Source: an uncultured Gammaproteobacteria bacterium
GTDB taxonomy: Bacteria; Patescibacteriota; Patescibacteriia; Magasanikbacterales; UBA922
Length of the DNA stretch: 64,000 nt
NCBI GenBank assembly: GCA_965231005.1
Contig: OZ246405.1
Coordinates: 476,223-540,222, forward strand
Direction: 5' to 3'
Shown: piece after piece, positions 19,098 to 30,121 of the stretch
Layout of the letters: every line of letters starts with the position of its first letter
Numbering within the stretch: position 1 is the first letter of the stretch
Program-made: the position numbers and the translations under genes
Notes under the pieces: model-generated
What the model was told of the DNA's origin: nothing
Seen by the model: the letters and a program-made list of their open reading frames with translations, nothing else
Database searches by the model: none

Positions 19098-20114
19098 ATG
19101 CCAGAAGCAGCACGTAAATTTCAACCAAAAGAGGGGGAAAACAAAGAAAAATTCACATTGGCAGGAGATCCAATAGCAGAAGATATTGTAGCTACTGCTA
19201 TGGGTGATGAGGCAGAATCCGTTGCGGCTGCTACTGATGAGAAGGCTGAAAAGAAGCCAAAAATTACCACTTCTGTATCAAAAGATAAACGAGGAGCAAC
19301 TGGTGGTAGAGAACACTTCAAGACGGATTTTAAGGGTGGAGAAGATGCCACAATGGAAACACTAAAAATGGCGAATCCAGCTGCTGCAGAGGCATTGGAA
19401 GCATCTCAAAAAGCTGCAGCCGCTAAGCTTGAAGAAATCAAAAAATCAGACACCCCACCGCCACTTCCACAATCAGCTGTAGACAAACATCATGCAGATT
19501 TATATGAAAAACACAAAGACAATCCAGAGGTTGTTGCATTGAAAAAACAAGAAGCACAAGAGTCGGGTTTTGCTCCAGAAGTAGACGCACATATACAAGA
19601 TTATCTTGCAGCATCATCACAAATGGAAGATGCATATATTGATTATCTTGCATTAAAGAAAGCACGTCCATGGTACAAATTGCGTGCTCCTTTGGCAGAA
19701 AAACAAGCAAAGGCTGATTGGGAAGAAGCAAAAGCAAATGTACAGGCTCTTACAGATACTCTATCTAATATTGGTGTTGATAAAGCAAGTGCAGATGAAT
19801 ATGCACAAAAAGTTAAAAGTGCTAGTGCAGGAAAAGGTGCTTCAACCATGAAAACGTACCGCCCACCAAGTTCACCAGACAGTTCTATTCCAGTAAACAC
19901 AATGTCTCCTGGAGCACGGACTGAAAAACCTATTGGTAGTCGTCCAATTGAGCCTGCAAGAACAGCTGGAGAAAAAAGAGAAGATGTAGGAGAAGAAACA
20001 TTAGAAATGATGAATCCAGACGCAGCAGAAGCATTGAAAAAGTCAAAAGAGGCCACAGCAGCAAAAGAAGCACAAAATGATGATCAAGAACAGCCTCCTG
20101 CATTAGCTGCATAA
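19098..20114 (+). CDS. Low-complexity Ala/Glu/Lys-rich, probably disordered protein
   Basis: 338-aa ORF with no TM segments and a repetitive AAEALE/KKSKEA pattern. Confidence 0.5.
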   Translation: MPEAARKFQPKEGENKEKFTLAGDPIAEDIVATAMGDEAESVAAATDEKAEKKPKITTSVSKDKRGATGGREHFKTDFKGGEDATMETLKMANPAAAEALEASQKAAAAKLEEIKKSDTPPPLPQSAVDKHHADLYEKHKDNPEVVALKKQEAQESGFAPEVDAHIQDYLAASSQMEDAYIDYLALKKARPWYKLRAPLAEKQAKADWEEAKANVQALTDTLSNIGVDKASADEYAQKVKSASAGKGASTMKTYRPPSSPDSSIPVNTMSPGARTEKPIGSRPIEPARTAGEKREDVGEETLEMMNPDAAEALKKSKEATAAKEAQNDDQEQPPALAA

Positions 20115-20134
20115 TCTTATTTATAGAGAAAACA

Positions 20135-20162
20135 AAAATCCCCTTGATTTAGGGGATTTTTT
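20135..20162 (+). terminator. Rho-independent terminator
   Basis: AAAATCCCCT-tgattt-AGGGGATTTT followed by TT. Confidence 0.7.
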
Positions 20163-20166
20163 AATA

Positions 20167-20195
20167 TTGACATATTTCCACATCTGTTGTATACT
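20167..20195 (+). promoter_or_regulatory. Sigma70-like promoter (TTGACA-17-TATACT) upstream of rpsB
   Basis: Hexamers read directly from the sequence. A small leader hairpin CCCTAT...ATAGGG follows. Confidence 0.4.
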
Positions 20196-20284
20196 CTTTC
20201 CATCTTAATTTATCCCTTATTTTTGCGTTTTTTTCCTCCCTATCCACGTATAGGGCTTGCAAAAAGAGGTTAAAAGGAAAATAT

Positions 20285-21019
20285 ATGAAAATACCTAGTA
20301 TCATGGAGATGCTACAGGCCGGAGTCCACTTTGGACACCAAACGTCTCGTTGGCACCCAAAAATGAAGCCATTCATCTTTACAGAAAGAAATGGTGTTCA
20401 TGTTATTGATTTAGAAAAAACACAGGAGAAAGCAAAAGAGACATACGAAGCAGTAAAAAAACTTGCTGCACAAGGAAAGAAAATCGTATTTGTCTCAACA
20501 AAACCACAAGCACGTGAAATTGTAAAAGCAGCTGCAATTGACTGTGGTATGCCATACCTTATCGATCGATGGGTTGGTGGTTTTCTTACAAACTTTCCTG
20601 AGATCAAAAAATTGATTAAAGGATATGTTGACATGAAAGAAAAGCAACGAACAGGTGAACTTGAAAAATATACAAAAAAAGAACAACTCACCATCAAAAA
20701 AGATTTAGAAAAAAAGGATGTTCTTCTTGCAGGACTTGCAGAAGTAACAGAAATGCCAGAAGCAATTTTTCTTCCTGCACTTCAAAGAGAAAAAACAGCA
20801 GTGACCGAAGCAAACAGAACCGGTGTTACTGTTATTGGAATTGCTGATACAAATGCAAATCCATTGAAGTCAAATCATTTTATTCCTGCAAATGATGATG
20901 CAGTAAAAGCAATTACCATGATGGTAAATCTTATTGCAGAAGCAGTAAAAGAGGGAACAAAAGAATTCGAAAAAAGTAAATTAGCCGAAGTAAAACTTCC
21001 AGAAAAGGCTACAGCATAA
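20285..21019 (+). CDS. rpsB: 30S ribosomal protein S2
   Basis: MLQAGVHFGHQTSRWHPKM is the canonical S2 N-terminus. Confidence 0.95.
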   Translation: MKIPSIMEMLQAGVHFGHQTSRWHPKMKPFIFTERNGVHVIDLEKTQEKAKETYEAVKKLAAQGKKIVFVSTKPQAREIVKAAAIDCGMPYLIDRWVGGFLTNFPEIKKLIKGYVDMKEKQRTGELEKYTKKEQLTIKKDLEKKDVLLAGLAEVTEMPEAIFLPALQREKTAVTEANRTGVTVIGIADTNANPLKSNHFIPANDDAVKAITMMVNLIAEAVKEGTKEFEKSKLAEVKLPEKATA

Positions 21020-21039
21020 AAAAATAACATAAAAATACT

Positions 21040-21684
21040 ATGGGAATCAATACATCTGACATTGCAAAACTTCGTGATATCACAGGTGCTGGAATGCTTG
21101 ATTGTAAAAAAGCACTAGATGAAGCACAAGGTGATTATGAAAAAGCACTTGAATTACTACGTAAAAAAGGAATTGCAAAAGCTGCAAAGCGTGCTGGAAA
21201 AGTTGCGGCAGAAGGAATTGTTTCAAGTTATATTCATGGTTCAAAAATTGGTGTTCTTGTTGAAGTAAATAGTGAGACAGATTTTGTTGCAAAGAATGAC
21301 ACATTCAAAGCATTGGTAAATGATATTGCAATGCATATTGCAGCAGCTGCGCCACAATATGTTTCTCGTGACGAAGTTCCAGCAGATGTGATTGCAAAAG
21401 AAAAAGATATCTATGCTGAACAAATGAAAAATGAAGGAAAACCAGCAGAGATGATTGAAAAAATTACAGAAGGGAAAATGAATAAGTTTTATTCTGAAAT
21501 TTGTTTACTTGAACAATCATACATTAAAGACGAAGAAAAAACAGTTGAACAAATGCTTACTGAAAAGACTGCAGAAATCGGAGAAAAACTTTCTATTCGT
21601 CGTTTTGCCCGTTTTGTTGTAGGGGAAGGAATCGAAAAAGAAAGTGCAGATTTTGTTTCAGAAGTACAAGAACAGCTTGGATAA
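21040..21684 (+). CDS. tsf: Elongation factor Ts (short form)
   Basis: ITGAGMLDCKKAL and TDFVAKND motifs are present. Gene follows rpsB. Confidence 0.9.
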   Translation: MGINTSDIAKLRDITGAGMLDCKKALDEAQGDYEKALELLRKKGIAKAAKRAGKVAAEGIVSSYIHGSKIGVLVEVNSETDFVAKNDTFKALVNDIAMHIAAAAPQYVSRDEVPADVIAKEKDIYAEQMKNEGKPAEMIEKITEGKMNKFYSEICLLEQSYIKDEEKTVEQMLTEKTAEIGEKLSIRRFARFVVGEGIEKESADFVSEVQEQLG

Positions 21685-21707
21685 AATAAAAATAAAATTT
21701 TATACAC

Positions 21708-21732
21708 AAACCCCGGTAAAACGGGGTTTTTT
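21708..21732 (+). terminator. Rho-independent terminator after tsf
   Basis: CCCCG-gtaaaa-CGGGG followed by TTTTTT. Confidence 0.7.
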
Positions 21733-21773
21733 GGTGTACAAAAATATGCTAAAATAAGAGCACAATAAGTGTT

Positions 21774-24700
21774 ATGACGCGACTCGTCCGAACATACAAG
21801 TTTTTAGGTATTTTAGCATTCCTATGTTTTGCATTGGTGTGGTATTTTACTATTGGTTATGGACAACTTTTTGCACCAAAAGCAAAAGGAGTTGTGAAGC
21901 AATGGGCAACAGGTGCAAATGGAAACTGGAATGTTGCTGCAAACTGGGAACCATCTGGAATTCCTACAGCAACCGACGATGTTGATTTAACAACAACAAC
22001 TGGAAGTTATGTTATTACTATCCCAGACGGATATACAGCAGAGTTTGCAAGTTTTAATGCAAATTCAGGCCAAGGACTCAATGTTCGTTTAATAATGTCA
22101 GGAGATATTAGTACAAATGGTAACGTGACATTTGGTTCAAGCTCAACGTTTACGCTTGCCACATCTTCTCCTATTTCAATTGGTGGAAATTTAACAGTTG
22201 AAAGTGGTGGTGATATTCAAACAGATGGAACGGTTACAAATATTGTTCATTTGACTGCAGCAAATATTGATATTCAAGCTGGTGGTGAAGTCGATGTTGA
22301 TGGTCTTGGACATGCAGGTGGAACCTTTACAAATAATGGAGATGGCCCAGGGGGAGGAATATATGGTTCAGAAGATGCCGGTTCTGGTGGTGGGCATGGT
22401 GGTCTTGGTGGAAAGGATGCAACAGCAGCTTCTCCGGGTGGAGGAGGATATTGTGATATTACTGCACCAACGACAGCTGGTTCTGGTGGTGGTGGAGGAG
22501 GAAATCAAACTGGTGGTTCTGGAGGAGGAATTATTCAGCTTGTGACTGCGGGCTCGTTAACTATTGATGGAACCATAACTTCAAATGGAGATAATGGTGG
22601 GACAGAATCAAGCAGAGATGCTGGTGGTGGGGCTGGTGGAAGTGTTTTCCTTCTTGCATCAACAACAGTTGGTACTGCTGGTACTGTACGAGCAAATGGA
22701 GGAAATAGTGGAAATGGAAATGATTCTGGAGGTGGTGGAGCTGGCGGATGTGTTAAATTGCAATTTAATACCAATTCTTTTCCTATAACAAGTATCCAGG
22801 CTTACGGTGGAACAGGAAATCAGTATGGTGGTGCTGGACAAATTTATATTAAAAATGATGTTTTGTCAGACGATGATCTTTATATTATTAATGATGGAAA
22901 TAATGGGACAACACCTGCAGATACGCAGCAGATTGCTGCCTCTTTGACAATGGATTCTCTAACACTTGCGAGTTCTTCAGTCTATGCTGTGACAAGTACA
23001 AATGCTTTGACACTTAATGATGCCGATCCACTTACTGGAGGAAATACGTCTGGAACGTTACGTATTGATAATACTGCAACGTTCACTCCTCCAGCGGCAT
23101 TTACTCTTTCAAACGCTACATTAGAATTTACAGAAGGAGCAACTTGGACTGCCTCTTCGACTTCAGATCTTACGATTGGGTCAAATGGAACATTGGATTT
23201 GCGTAACTTTACAACAACGACTGGTTTGACATTAGATGATTTTACTATCAATTCTGGCGGAACAGGAACACATGGGGCAAATACAACTGCACAAACGCAT
23301 GTATTTCATATATCGGCAACAACAACAAATATTCTAGCAGGTGGAACTATTGATGTAGACGGAAAAGGATATACAGGTGGTTCCACAACAAACGATGGTA
23401 ATGGACCTGGTCCAGGACAGTTTGGTCCAATAGAATCAGGTTCTGGAGGTGGACATGCGGGTGCTGGAGGTTCAAATGAACAAAATACTGCTGGTGGTAG
23501 TGCATATTGTGTTACAAATAATCCTGGAACAATTGGTTCTGGTGGAGGTGGTGGTGGAAATGTATCTGGTGGAGCTGGTGGTGGACTTATCAAGCTTGAT
23601 ATGTCCTCTACGCTTGTTGTTGCTGGAACACTTACTGCAGATGGTGCTGTTGGTGGAGATGAAGCTGGTCGAGATGGTGGAGGAGGGGGTGGAGGGGCCG
23701 TCTATCTTTCTGGAACAATGCTAACACTTAATGGATCAACCATTACGTTAGATGGTGGAAATGCTGCAAATGGAGATAATTCTGGTGGTGGAGGTGGTGG
23801 TGGATGTTTTTATGCTTTGTATGACACATATTCAGACGATACTGCAACAACAAGTACGGCTGCAGGTACTGGGCAGACCTCTGCTGGCTCTGTTGCTGTT
23901 GCTGGGACATGGACTTTGGCAGTAAACAATAATGCTCCATCAGTGACTGCATTTACTGCTTTGGCAATAACAGATGGTACAGGCTTGGTCAGGATTTCAA
24001 CCACAACAGTTAGTGATGCAGATGATGATGCTGTTACGCTTATCGTTGATTATTCTATTGATAATGGCACAACCTGGGCATCATCATCAATTAGAGAAGC
24101 GTCTGCAGATGCAGGTGGAACTCCAGCAACCTCTACTGGTTCAATTGGTCCAATTAGTATTGCCACTTCAAATAACGTAAGTTTTGAGTGGCATTCGAGG
24201 AATGATAGTGTTGTTACAAGTACAGAGGTTTGGATAAGAATAAGTCCAAATGATGGAACAGAGTATGGGACAGCCGTAACAAGCACACTTGCGTTTGAAG
24301 TGGACAATGAGGATCCGACTGTTCCAGAAAATCTTACTATATTTAATACATCGACAACGAGCGTCATATTTGGTTTAGGAACAACATCAACCGATAGCAA
24401 TTTTCTTGAATATAAAATATTTTATAAACAAGGTGCATCTGGTGTTACAGAATCTGATACTGCATACACGTCTACGACAGATGCTAATTTTGGTGATTCT
24501 AATTTTAACTCAGCAGTTGTGTCCACTAGTATTGGAGGCTTGTCTGTAAATACACAGTATGTTGCTGCGCTGTATGCGTATGACAGTTTTGGAAATAGCA
24601 CGTCAACTGCAGGAGAAATTTCATTTTACACATTAGCAAGTGCGCATGGCACACCAACTGTTGCAACTCCTGGAATAACAGACATGCAAATTAATTTTGT

Positions 24701-27700
24701 TGATACATTAAATAGTACAACGACAGAACTTTCTATTTATAACATCACTGATGCACAATATGTCAATGCATTTGGTCTATCATCTGCTACACCAGTTTGG
24801 CAGACAACTTCTACATGGGATTTAAATTTTGAAATAAGCGGTCTTAGCACAAGTACTCCATATCAATTTGAAATAGTTGCAAGAAATGGAGACGGCATTC
24901 CCACAGTAAGCTCATCTGCAAGTCTGCCGCTATATACGCTTGCTGAAACTCCTGGGACTCCTACAATTGGTTCTGTAGCAACGACAACAATGCCGATTAC
25001 CATTGCACCGAAAGGGAATTCTACATCAACAGAGTACGCAATTTATAATACATCAGATGATAATTTCTTATCAGCAACTGGGGCATCTACAGCAAGTCCT
25101 GTTTATCAAACAACATCTACATGGGGGACATCATTTGCTGCAATAGGATTGAACACAAGTACACCATATACATTTGAAGTACTGGCAAGAAATGGTGATC
25201 AAGTTCTCACTGCAAGTTCTACAGTGAGTGCAGGAACATATACATTGGCAGAGGCAGCTGGTGCTGCAACAATAAGTTCTCCTACGCTCACTACACTTCA
25301 GATTGCATTAGATGACGTGGGGAATTCAACATCTACTTCTTATGCGGTTTATAGTTTAACTGACTCGGCCTATGTTGGTGCAAACGGTGTTTCAAGCACA
25401 ACAGCTGTATTTATGACAACGTCAACATGGGCAACTGTTTCTTCAACAAGTTTGACTGCAAATACATCATATTCGTATGAGGTTGTTGCCCGAAATGGTG
25501 ACTCAGTTGATGCTCCATCGTCAACAGCAAGTACTGGTGTGTTTACACTAGCAAATGTCCCATCTCTTGGTTCAGTTTCAAGTAATGGAGATCAAATTAC
25601 AGTGTCTTTCTCTGGTGATGCAACACAGTATTCTGTTGAAAGTACAAGTGGTGGACTAAGTTCAGGATGGATTAGTGGCTCATCATATGATTTCACAAGT
25701 TTAGATTGTGGCCAGACATATACATTTAGAATTAAAGGACAAAATGGTGATGCAGTAGAAACAGGTTATTCAGGAACTGACACTGGAGAAACAGCAGGTT
25801 GTGGTGGAGGTGCTGCAGCTGCTGCTACAGTTACAAAAACAGTAAAAAAGACAGTTGAAAAAGTAGAAAAAGTTAAAGAAGAAGTGAAAGAAAAAGTTGT
25901 CGAAGTAAAGAAAAAGGTTACTGATGTCGTGAAAAAAATATTTTCAAAGAATAAAACATCAGCCCCAGCTACAGGGAATACTGCAGGTGCAGGAGGAGCG
26001 AGTGGTGGCGCTTCTGGTGGAGGATCAGCAGGTGGTAGTTCAGGAGGTCAAGCAAGTGCACCACCAACAATAGATGCTGCTGTTTCTTTGGCAAAAGAAG
26101 GTCGTGTTGTTGAAGCAACAAATAGTCGACAAGTAGACATTGTTCTTGAAACAGGATTTTCAAAAGTGACATTGCTTGATGATGCAGGAAATATTTTAGA
26201 AAATATTGATATCAACCCAATTATTCCTTGGCAGCTTGCTGCAGGTGATGGAGAAAAATGTGTGACAGCAGTATTTTATGATGCGCTTGGCAATGAAGCA
26301 GGAAGAAAAGTAACATGTGTAAATTTAGATACAACACCACCTCGAGCACCATTCATTCAAAATGCTCAGACAAAGATTGCACTGACAGATATTTCAACGG
26401 GGCGTCTGGTCACTGTAAGAGGTACGAGCGAACCAAATATTGGTATTCTTATTTCTGCAGTACGCACAGGTGACATTTCAGAAAGTGATTTATCTGTGAA
26501 CATAAATCCTTTCCACATATATACAGTACATGCTGCTGGCACACAGACATTTAGAACCCAGTCCGATGACAAAGGTTTTTGGTCATTTACATTCCCAGAA
26601 TCGTTTGACGTTGGAAAATATTCCATTTCTGTTCAAGCAGAAGATAAGGCAGGAAATGTTTCTGAACCTGCGACTGCACAAATTTCTGTCTTACCAAAAA
26701 ATATTGCAAAAGTTATAAAAGCGGTTATTGATAATCCAGAAGTTGAACGTATTAATGAAACAATTGTTGCACCTGCTGTTATTGCAGTTGGTGGTGCAAA
26801 TGTCGTGGCAACTGGTTTCCAATTACCACAAGTATTCATGTTCTTAAAATATTTGTTCTTGCAACCAGTTCTCTTGTTTAGAAGAAGAAAACACAAAGGA
26901 TGGGGAACAGTATACGATGGATTTACAAAAAAACCTGTTGACTTAGCAAGTGTTCGGTTTGTTGATGCAAAAACAGGTGCTATCCGACGTTCACAAGTAA
27001 CAGATGTCCAAGGAAGATACTTCCTTATGGCTGACCCAGGATCGTATAAGATAGAAGTAGATAAGCATGGATTTGGTGGTATTAGTAAGCATTTAGAAGG
27101 GATTGAAACAGATGGAGATTATGCACGTGTGTATCATGGCGAAGAATTGACAATCAGTGAAGGTCAAACAGAAATTAATTATAGTGTGCCAATTGATCCA
27201 GAAGGAAAAGAAGTACCAGCTCCAAAATTAATTCGTAAGAGTATTGTTCGTGCAGTGCAACATATTATAAGTATTGTTGGTATGGGATCAACATTCTTAT
27301 CATTTGTTATTTCTCCAACGCCAACAATTGGTGGTTTCCTTGTTCTCCATGTTGGATTTTATGCATTGTCACATAGATTTTCAAAGAGCAAATTGCCAGA
27401 CTCATTTGGTGTTGTATATGATGATAAAAAGGAAGCGCTCCGTAGAGTTGTTATTCGGGTATTTGATTCTGCCTACAATAAATTAGTCGATACACAACTT
27501 ACTGATGCAAAAGGAAGATACGCATTGCTTGTTGGTCCAAGTAAGTATTATGTGACCTATGAAAAACCTGGATATGAAAAGAAACAAACAAAAGAAATGG
27601 ACTTTTCAAAAGAGCATGGCGGTATGATTACAACAGACGAACGTCTTAGAAGAAGTGGGAAACCAATGTCCAAGAAGGAAAAAGAGGCATTTGAAAAAGA

Positions 27701-27866
27701 GCAAAAAGAAATGCGTGATGCCGCAAAGGAATCAATTGCCAAAAGAAAAGCAGAAGGAGAAGCTGGGGAAGCAACAGGGGAACACGTTGATCCTGAAAAA
27801 CTTATTGCACAGTGGAAGCAAGACCATGGACAAACGCAGGACGATGGTGTACAGTCACAGGAGTAG
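21774..27866 (+). CDS. Giant (2030 aa) surface protein with Gly-rich beta-helix-like region, about 5 FN3-like ~100-aa repeats, internal TM segments and carboxypeptidase-regulatory-like domains
   Basis: N-terminal signal or TM. Repeats of the form YTLAE.PG.PT...NSTSTEY.IYN...TTSTW...TSTPY.FEV.ARNGD. Two copies of a GTVYDGFTKKPVD...DV(Q/K)GRY pattern after a TM helix. Confidence 0.65.
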   Translation: MTRLVRTYKFLGILAFLCFALVWYFTIGYGQLFAPKAKGVVKQWATGANGNWNVAANWEPSGIPTATDDVDLTTTTGSYVITIPDGYTAEFASFNANSGQGLNVRLIMSGDISTNGNVTFGSSSTFTLATSSPISIGGNLTVESGGDIQTDGTVTNIVHLTAANIDIQAGGEVDVDGLGHAGGTFTNNGDGPGGGIYGSEDAGSGGGHGGLGGKDATAASPGGGGYCDITAPTTAGSGGGGGGNQTGGSGGGIIQLVTAGSLTIDGTITSNGDNGGTESSRDAGGGAGGSVFLLASTTVGTAGTVRANGGNSGNGNDSGGGGAGGCVKLQFNTNSFPITSIQAYGGTGNQYGGAGQIYIKNDVLSDDDLYIINDGNNGTTPADTQQIAASLTMDSLTLASSSVYAVTSTNALTLNDADPLTGGNTSGTLRIDNTATFTPPAAFTLSNATLEFTEGATWTASSTSDLTIGSNGTLDLRNFTTTTGLTLDDFTINSGGTGTHGANTTAQTHVFHISATTTNILAGGTIDVDGKGYTGGSTTNDGNGPGPGQFGPIESGSGGGHAGAGGSNEQNTAGGSAYCVTNNPGTIGSGGGGGGNVSGGAGGGLIKLDMSSTLVVAGTLTADGAVGGDEAGRDGGGGGGGAVYLSGTMLTLNGSTITLDGGNAANGDNSGGGGGGGCFYALYDTYSDDTATTSTAAGTGQTSAGSVAVAGTWTLAVNNNAPSVTAFTALAITDGTGLVRISTTTVSDADDDAVTLIVDYSIDNGTTWASSSIREASADAGGTPATSTGSIGPISIATSNNVSFEWHSRNDSVVTSTEVWIRISPNDGTEYGTAVTSTLAFEVDNEDPTVPENLTIFNTSTTSVIFGLGTTSTDSNFLEYKIFYKQGASGVTESDTAYTSTTDANFGDSNFNSAVVSTSIGGLSVNTQYVAALYAYDSFGNSTSTAGEISFYTLASAHGTPTVATPGITDMQINFVDTLNSTTTELSIYNITDAQYVNAFGLSSATPVWQTTSTWDLNFEISGLSTSTPYQFEIVARNGDGIPTVSSSASLPLYTLAETPGTPTIGSVATTTMPITIAPKGNSTSTEYAIYNTSDDNFLSATGASTASPVYQTTSTWGTSFAAIGLNTSTPYTFEVLARNGDQVLTASSTVSAGTYTLAEAAGAATISSPTLTTLQIALDDVGNSTSTSYAVYSLTDSAYVGANGVSSTTAVFMTTSTWATVSSTSLTANTSYSYEVVARNGDSVDAPSSTASTGVFTLANVPSLGSVSSNGDQITVSFSGDATQYSVESTSGGLSSGWISGSSYDFTSLDCGQTYTFRIKGQNGDAVETGYSGTDTGETAGCGGGAAAAATVTKTVKKTVEKVEKVKEEVKEKVVEVKKKVTDVVKKIFSKNKTSAPATGNTAGAGGASGGASGGGSAGGSSGGQASAPPTIDAAVSLAKEGRVVEATNSRQVDIVLETGFSKVTLLDDAGNILENIDINPIIPWQLAAGDGEKCVTAVFYDALGNEAGRKVTCVNLDTTPPRAPFIQNAQTKIALTDISTGRLVTVRGTSEPNIGILISAVRTGDISESDLSVNINPFHIYTVHAAGTQTFRTQSDDKGFWSFTFPESFDVGKYSISVQAEDKAGNVSEPATAQISVLPKNIAKVIKAVIDNPEVERINETIVAPAVIAVGGANVVATGFQLPQVFMFLKYLFLQPVLLFRRRKHKGWGTVYDGFTKKPVDLASVRFVDAKTGAIRRSQVTDVQGRYFLMADPGSYKIEVDKHGFGGISKHLEGIETDGDYARVYHGEELTISEGQTEINYSVPIDPEGKEVPAPKLIRKSIVRAVQHIISIVGMGSTFLSFVISPTPTIGGFLVLHVGFYALSHRFSKSKLPDSFGVVYDDKKEALRRVVIRVFDSAYNKLVDTQLTDAKGRYALLVGPSKYYVTYEKPGYEKKQTKEMDFSKEHGGMITTDERLRRSGKPMSKKEKEAFEKEQKEMRDAAKESIAKRKAEGEAGEATGEHVDPEKLIAQWKQDHGQTQDDGVQSQE

Positions 27867-27893
27867 TATTTATTATCAATAATTTACATATAT

Positions 27894-28895
27894 ATGAGCA
27901 CAAAAGTAGCCATCAATGGTTTTGGGAGAATTGGTCGTCATGCCTTTAAAGTGGCGCAAAAAAATAAGGATATTGAAATTGTCGGCATTAATGATTTAAC
28001 TGACAATCGTACACTTGCTCATTTATTAAAATACGATACTGCATATCCAGATTTTGCAGGTGATGTTACACATGATGATGAATATTTAATTATTGATGGA
28101 AAAAAGATTCCAGCTTTTTCAGAAAAAGACCCAACAAAACTTCCATGGAAAGACTTAGGAGTTGATATTGTTCTTGAATGTACAGGTGTATTTCGAACGA
28201 AAGAAAAGGCATCTCTTCACATAGAGGCTGGAGCAAAAAAAGTATTAATTTCTGCTCCTGGAAAAGGGGAAGGAATCAAGTCATATGTCCGTGGAGTAAA
28301 TTGTGAATCATACGATGGTGCAGACATTATTGATAATGCATCTTGCACAACAAATTGTACTGCTCCTGTTATGCAAGTTATGGAATCTACATTTGGTGTA
28401 GAAAAAGGAATTCTTACAACAGTACATGCATATACTGCAGACCAACGATTGCAAGATGCTCCTCACAAGGATTTGCGTCGTGCACGTGCAGCGGCACAAA
28501 ATATTGTTCCTACAACAACTGGGGCAGCTATTGCTACAACAAAAACAATTCCAGCACTCGAAGGAAAATTCGATGGGATTGCAATTCGTGTTCCAACCAT
28601 TACTGTTTCATTGGTTGATTTTTCATTAGTCCTTTCAAAAGATGTTACTGTCGAACAAGTAAATGACGCATTGCGAAAAGCTGCAGATTCACAATTCAAA
28701 GGAATCTTACATGTGAACGATGAACCACTTGTTTCGACCGACTTTATTGGAAATCCATATTCATCTGTTGTTGATTCAGAGTTTACAAAAGTTGTTGGTG
28801 GAAATTTAGTTAAGATTCTCTCTTGGTATGACAATGAGTGGGCGTATGCAACACGACTTGTCGAAATGATGGGAATTGTTGCAAAAACACTGTAA
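27894..28895 (+). CDS. gap: Glyceraldehyde-3-phosphate dehydrogenase
   Basis: NGFGRIGR Rossmann motif and the ASCTTNC active-site Cys region. Confidence 0.95.
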   Translation: MSTKVAINGFGRIGRHAFKVAQKNKDIEIVGINDLTDNRTLAHLLKYDTAYPDFAGDVTHDDEYLIIDGKKIPAFSEKDPTKLPWKDLGVDIVLECTGVFRTKEKASLHIEAGAKKVLISAPGKGEGIKSYVRGVNCESYDGADIIDNASCTTNCTAPVMQVMESTFGVEKGILTTVHAYTADQRLQDAPHKDLRRARAAAQNIVPTTTGAAIATTKTIPALEGKFDGIAIRVPTITVSLVDFSLVLSKDVTVEQVNDALRKAADSQFKGILHVNDEPLVSTDFIGNPYSSVVDSEFTKVVGGNLVKILSWYDNEWAYATRLVEMMGIVAKTL

Positions 28896-28898
28896 TTT

Positions 28899-30077
28899 AT
28901 GAAATCAATAAAAGAAGCTGGAGATCTTAACGGAAAACGAGTGTTGGTTCGTGTAGATTTTAATGTTCCAATCAAAGATGGTGTTGTAGAAGATAATACA
29001 AGATTACGGACAGCACTTCCTACAATTCAATATCTTATTGAGCAAGGTGCAAAAGTAATGTTGATAACTCATCTGGGACGACCAAAAGGACAAGTTGTTG
29101 AGGAACTCCGAGTTGATCTTGTGGCAAAAGAACTCAGTAGCCTGCTGAAAAAAGAAGTAAAAAAGTTAGATGATTATCTAGGAAAGGAAGTGAAAGATGT
29201 CATTGAAGCAATGGAATCTGGAGATGTTGTTTTGCTTGAAAATATTCGTTTTTCTCCAGAAGAAAAAGATAATACTGGAACACTTGGAAAAGATTTGTCT
29301 ACCCTTGCAGACATGTTTGTTCTTGATGGATTTGGTGTTGCGCATCGAGCTGATGCATCAGTCGTGGGTGTTGCAGCATTTATTCCAGCGTATGCAGGAC
29401 TTCTTTTGGATAAAGAAATTTCAGCACTTTCAGACGTGTTAAATAACCCAGAGCGTCCATTTGTCGTGCTCCTTGGAGGAAAAAAGATTGGAACAAAAAT
29501 TTCTGTTCTTGAAAATCTTATAAAACATGCAGACACCATTCTCATGGGGGGTGCGCTTATTAATACATATCTTCAGGCAAAGGGGTACGATGTTTGTGAA
29601 TCTATTGTTGATCCAAAGTATGCAGATAAAGCACTTGAGTATATGGAGGCGCCAAATGTTGTCACTCCAGTTGACTGGATTGTGGGTCAAATGGATGGAT
29701 CATCACACCGTGTTGCTGGAAAGGATGATGAAAAAAGAGAACTTTGTAAACCTGGGGAGGCTATTTTTGATATAGGTCCAGCTACAATAGATATGTATAA
29801 GAATATTATCAAAGACGCAAAATTGATTGTCTGGAATGGAGCCATGGGATATTTTGAACAACCGATTTATGCGAAAGGAACAAAAGAAATGACAGAGACC
29901 GTTGCTGCAGCATCAAAACAAGGGACCTATACAGTTATTGGCGGTGGGGAGACATTGCAAATGGTTGAATCTTTTGGTCTTACTGATGATATAAATCATG
30001 TGTCAACTGGTGGTGGTGCCATGCTCGAATTATTAGCAGGAAATAAACTACCAGGAATTGCAGCGTTAGAAAAATAA
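28899..30077 (+). CDS. pgk: Phosphoglycerate kinase
   Basis: RVDFNVP, ITHLGRP and GGGA motifs. 392 aa. Confidence 0.95.
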   Translation: MKSIKEAGDLNGKRVLVRVDFNVPIKDGVVEDNTRLRTALPTIQYLIEQGAKVMLITHLGRPKGQVVEELRVDLVAKELSSLLKKEVKKLDDYLGKEVKDVIEAMESGDVVLLENIRFSPEEKDNTGTLGKDLSTLADMFVLDGFGVAHRADASVVGVAAFIPAYAGLLLDKEISALSDVLNNPERPFVVLLGGKKIGTKISVLENLIKHADTILMGGALINTYLQAKGYDVCESIVDPKYADKALEYMEAPNVVTPVDWIVGQMDGSSHRVAGKDDEKRELCKPGEAIFDIGPATIDMYKNIIKDAKLIVWNGAMGYFEQPIYAKGTKEMTETVAAASKQGTYTVIGGGETLQMVESFGLTDDINHVSTGGGAMLELLAGNKLPGIAALEK

Positions 30078-30121
30078 GTATGGTATAATACCACCATAAA
30101 AATACACAATAACAAAAATGT

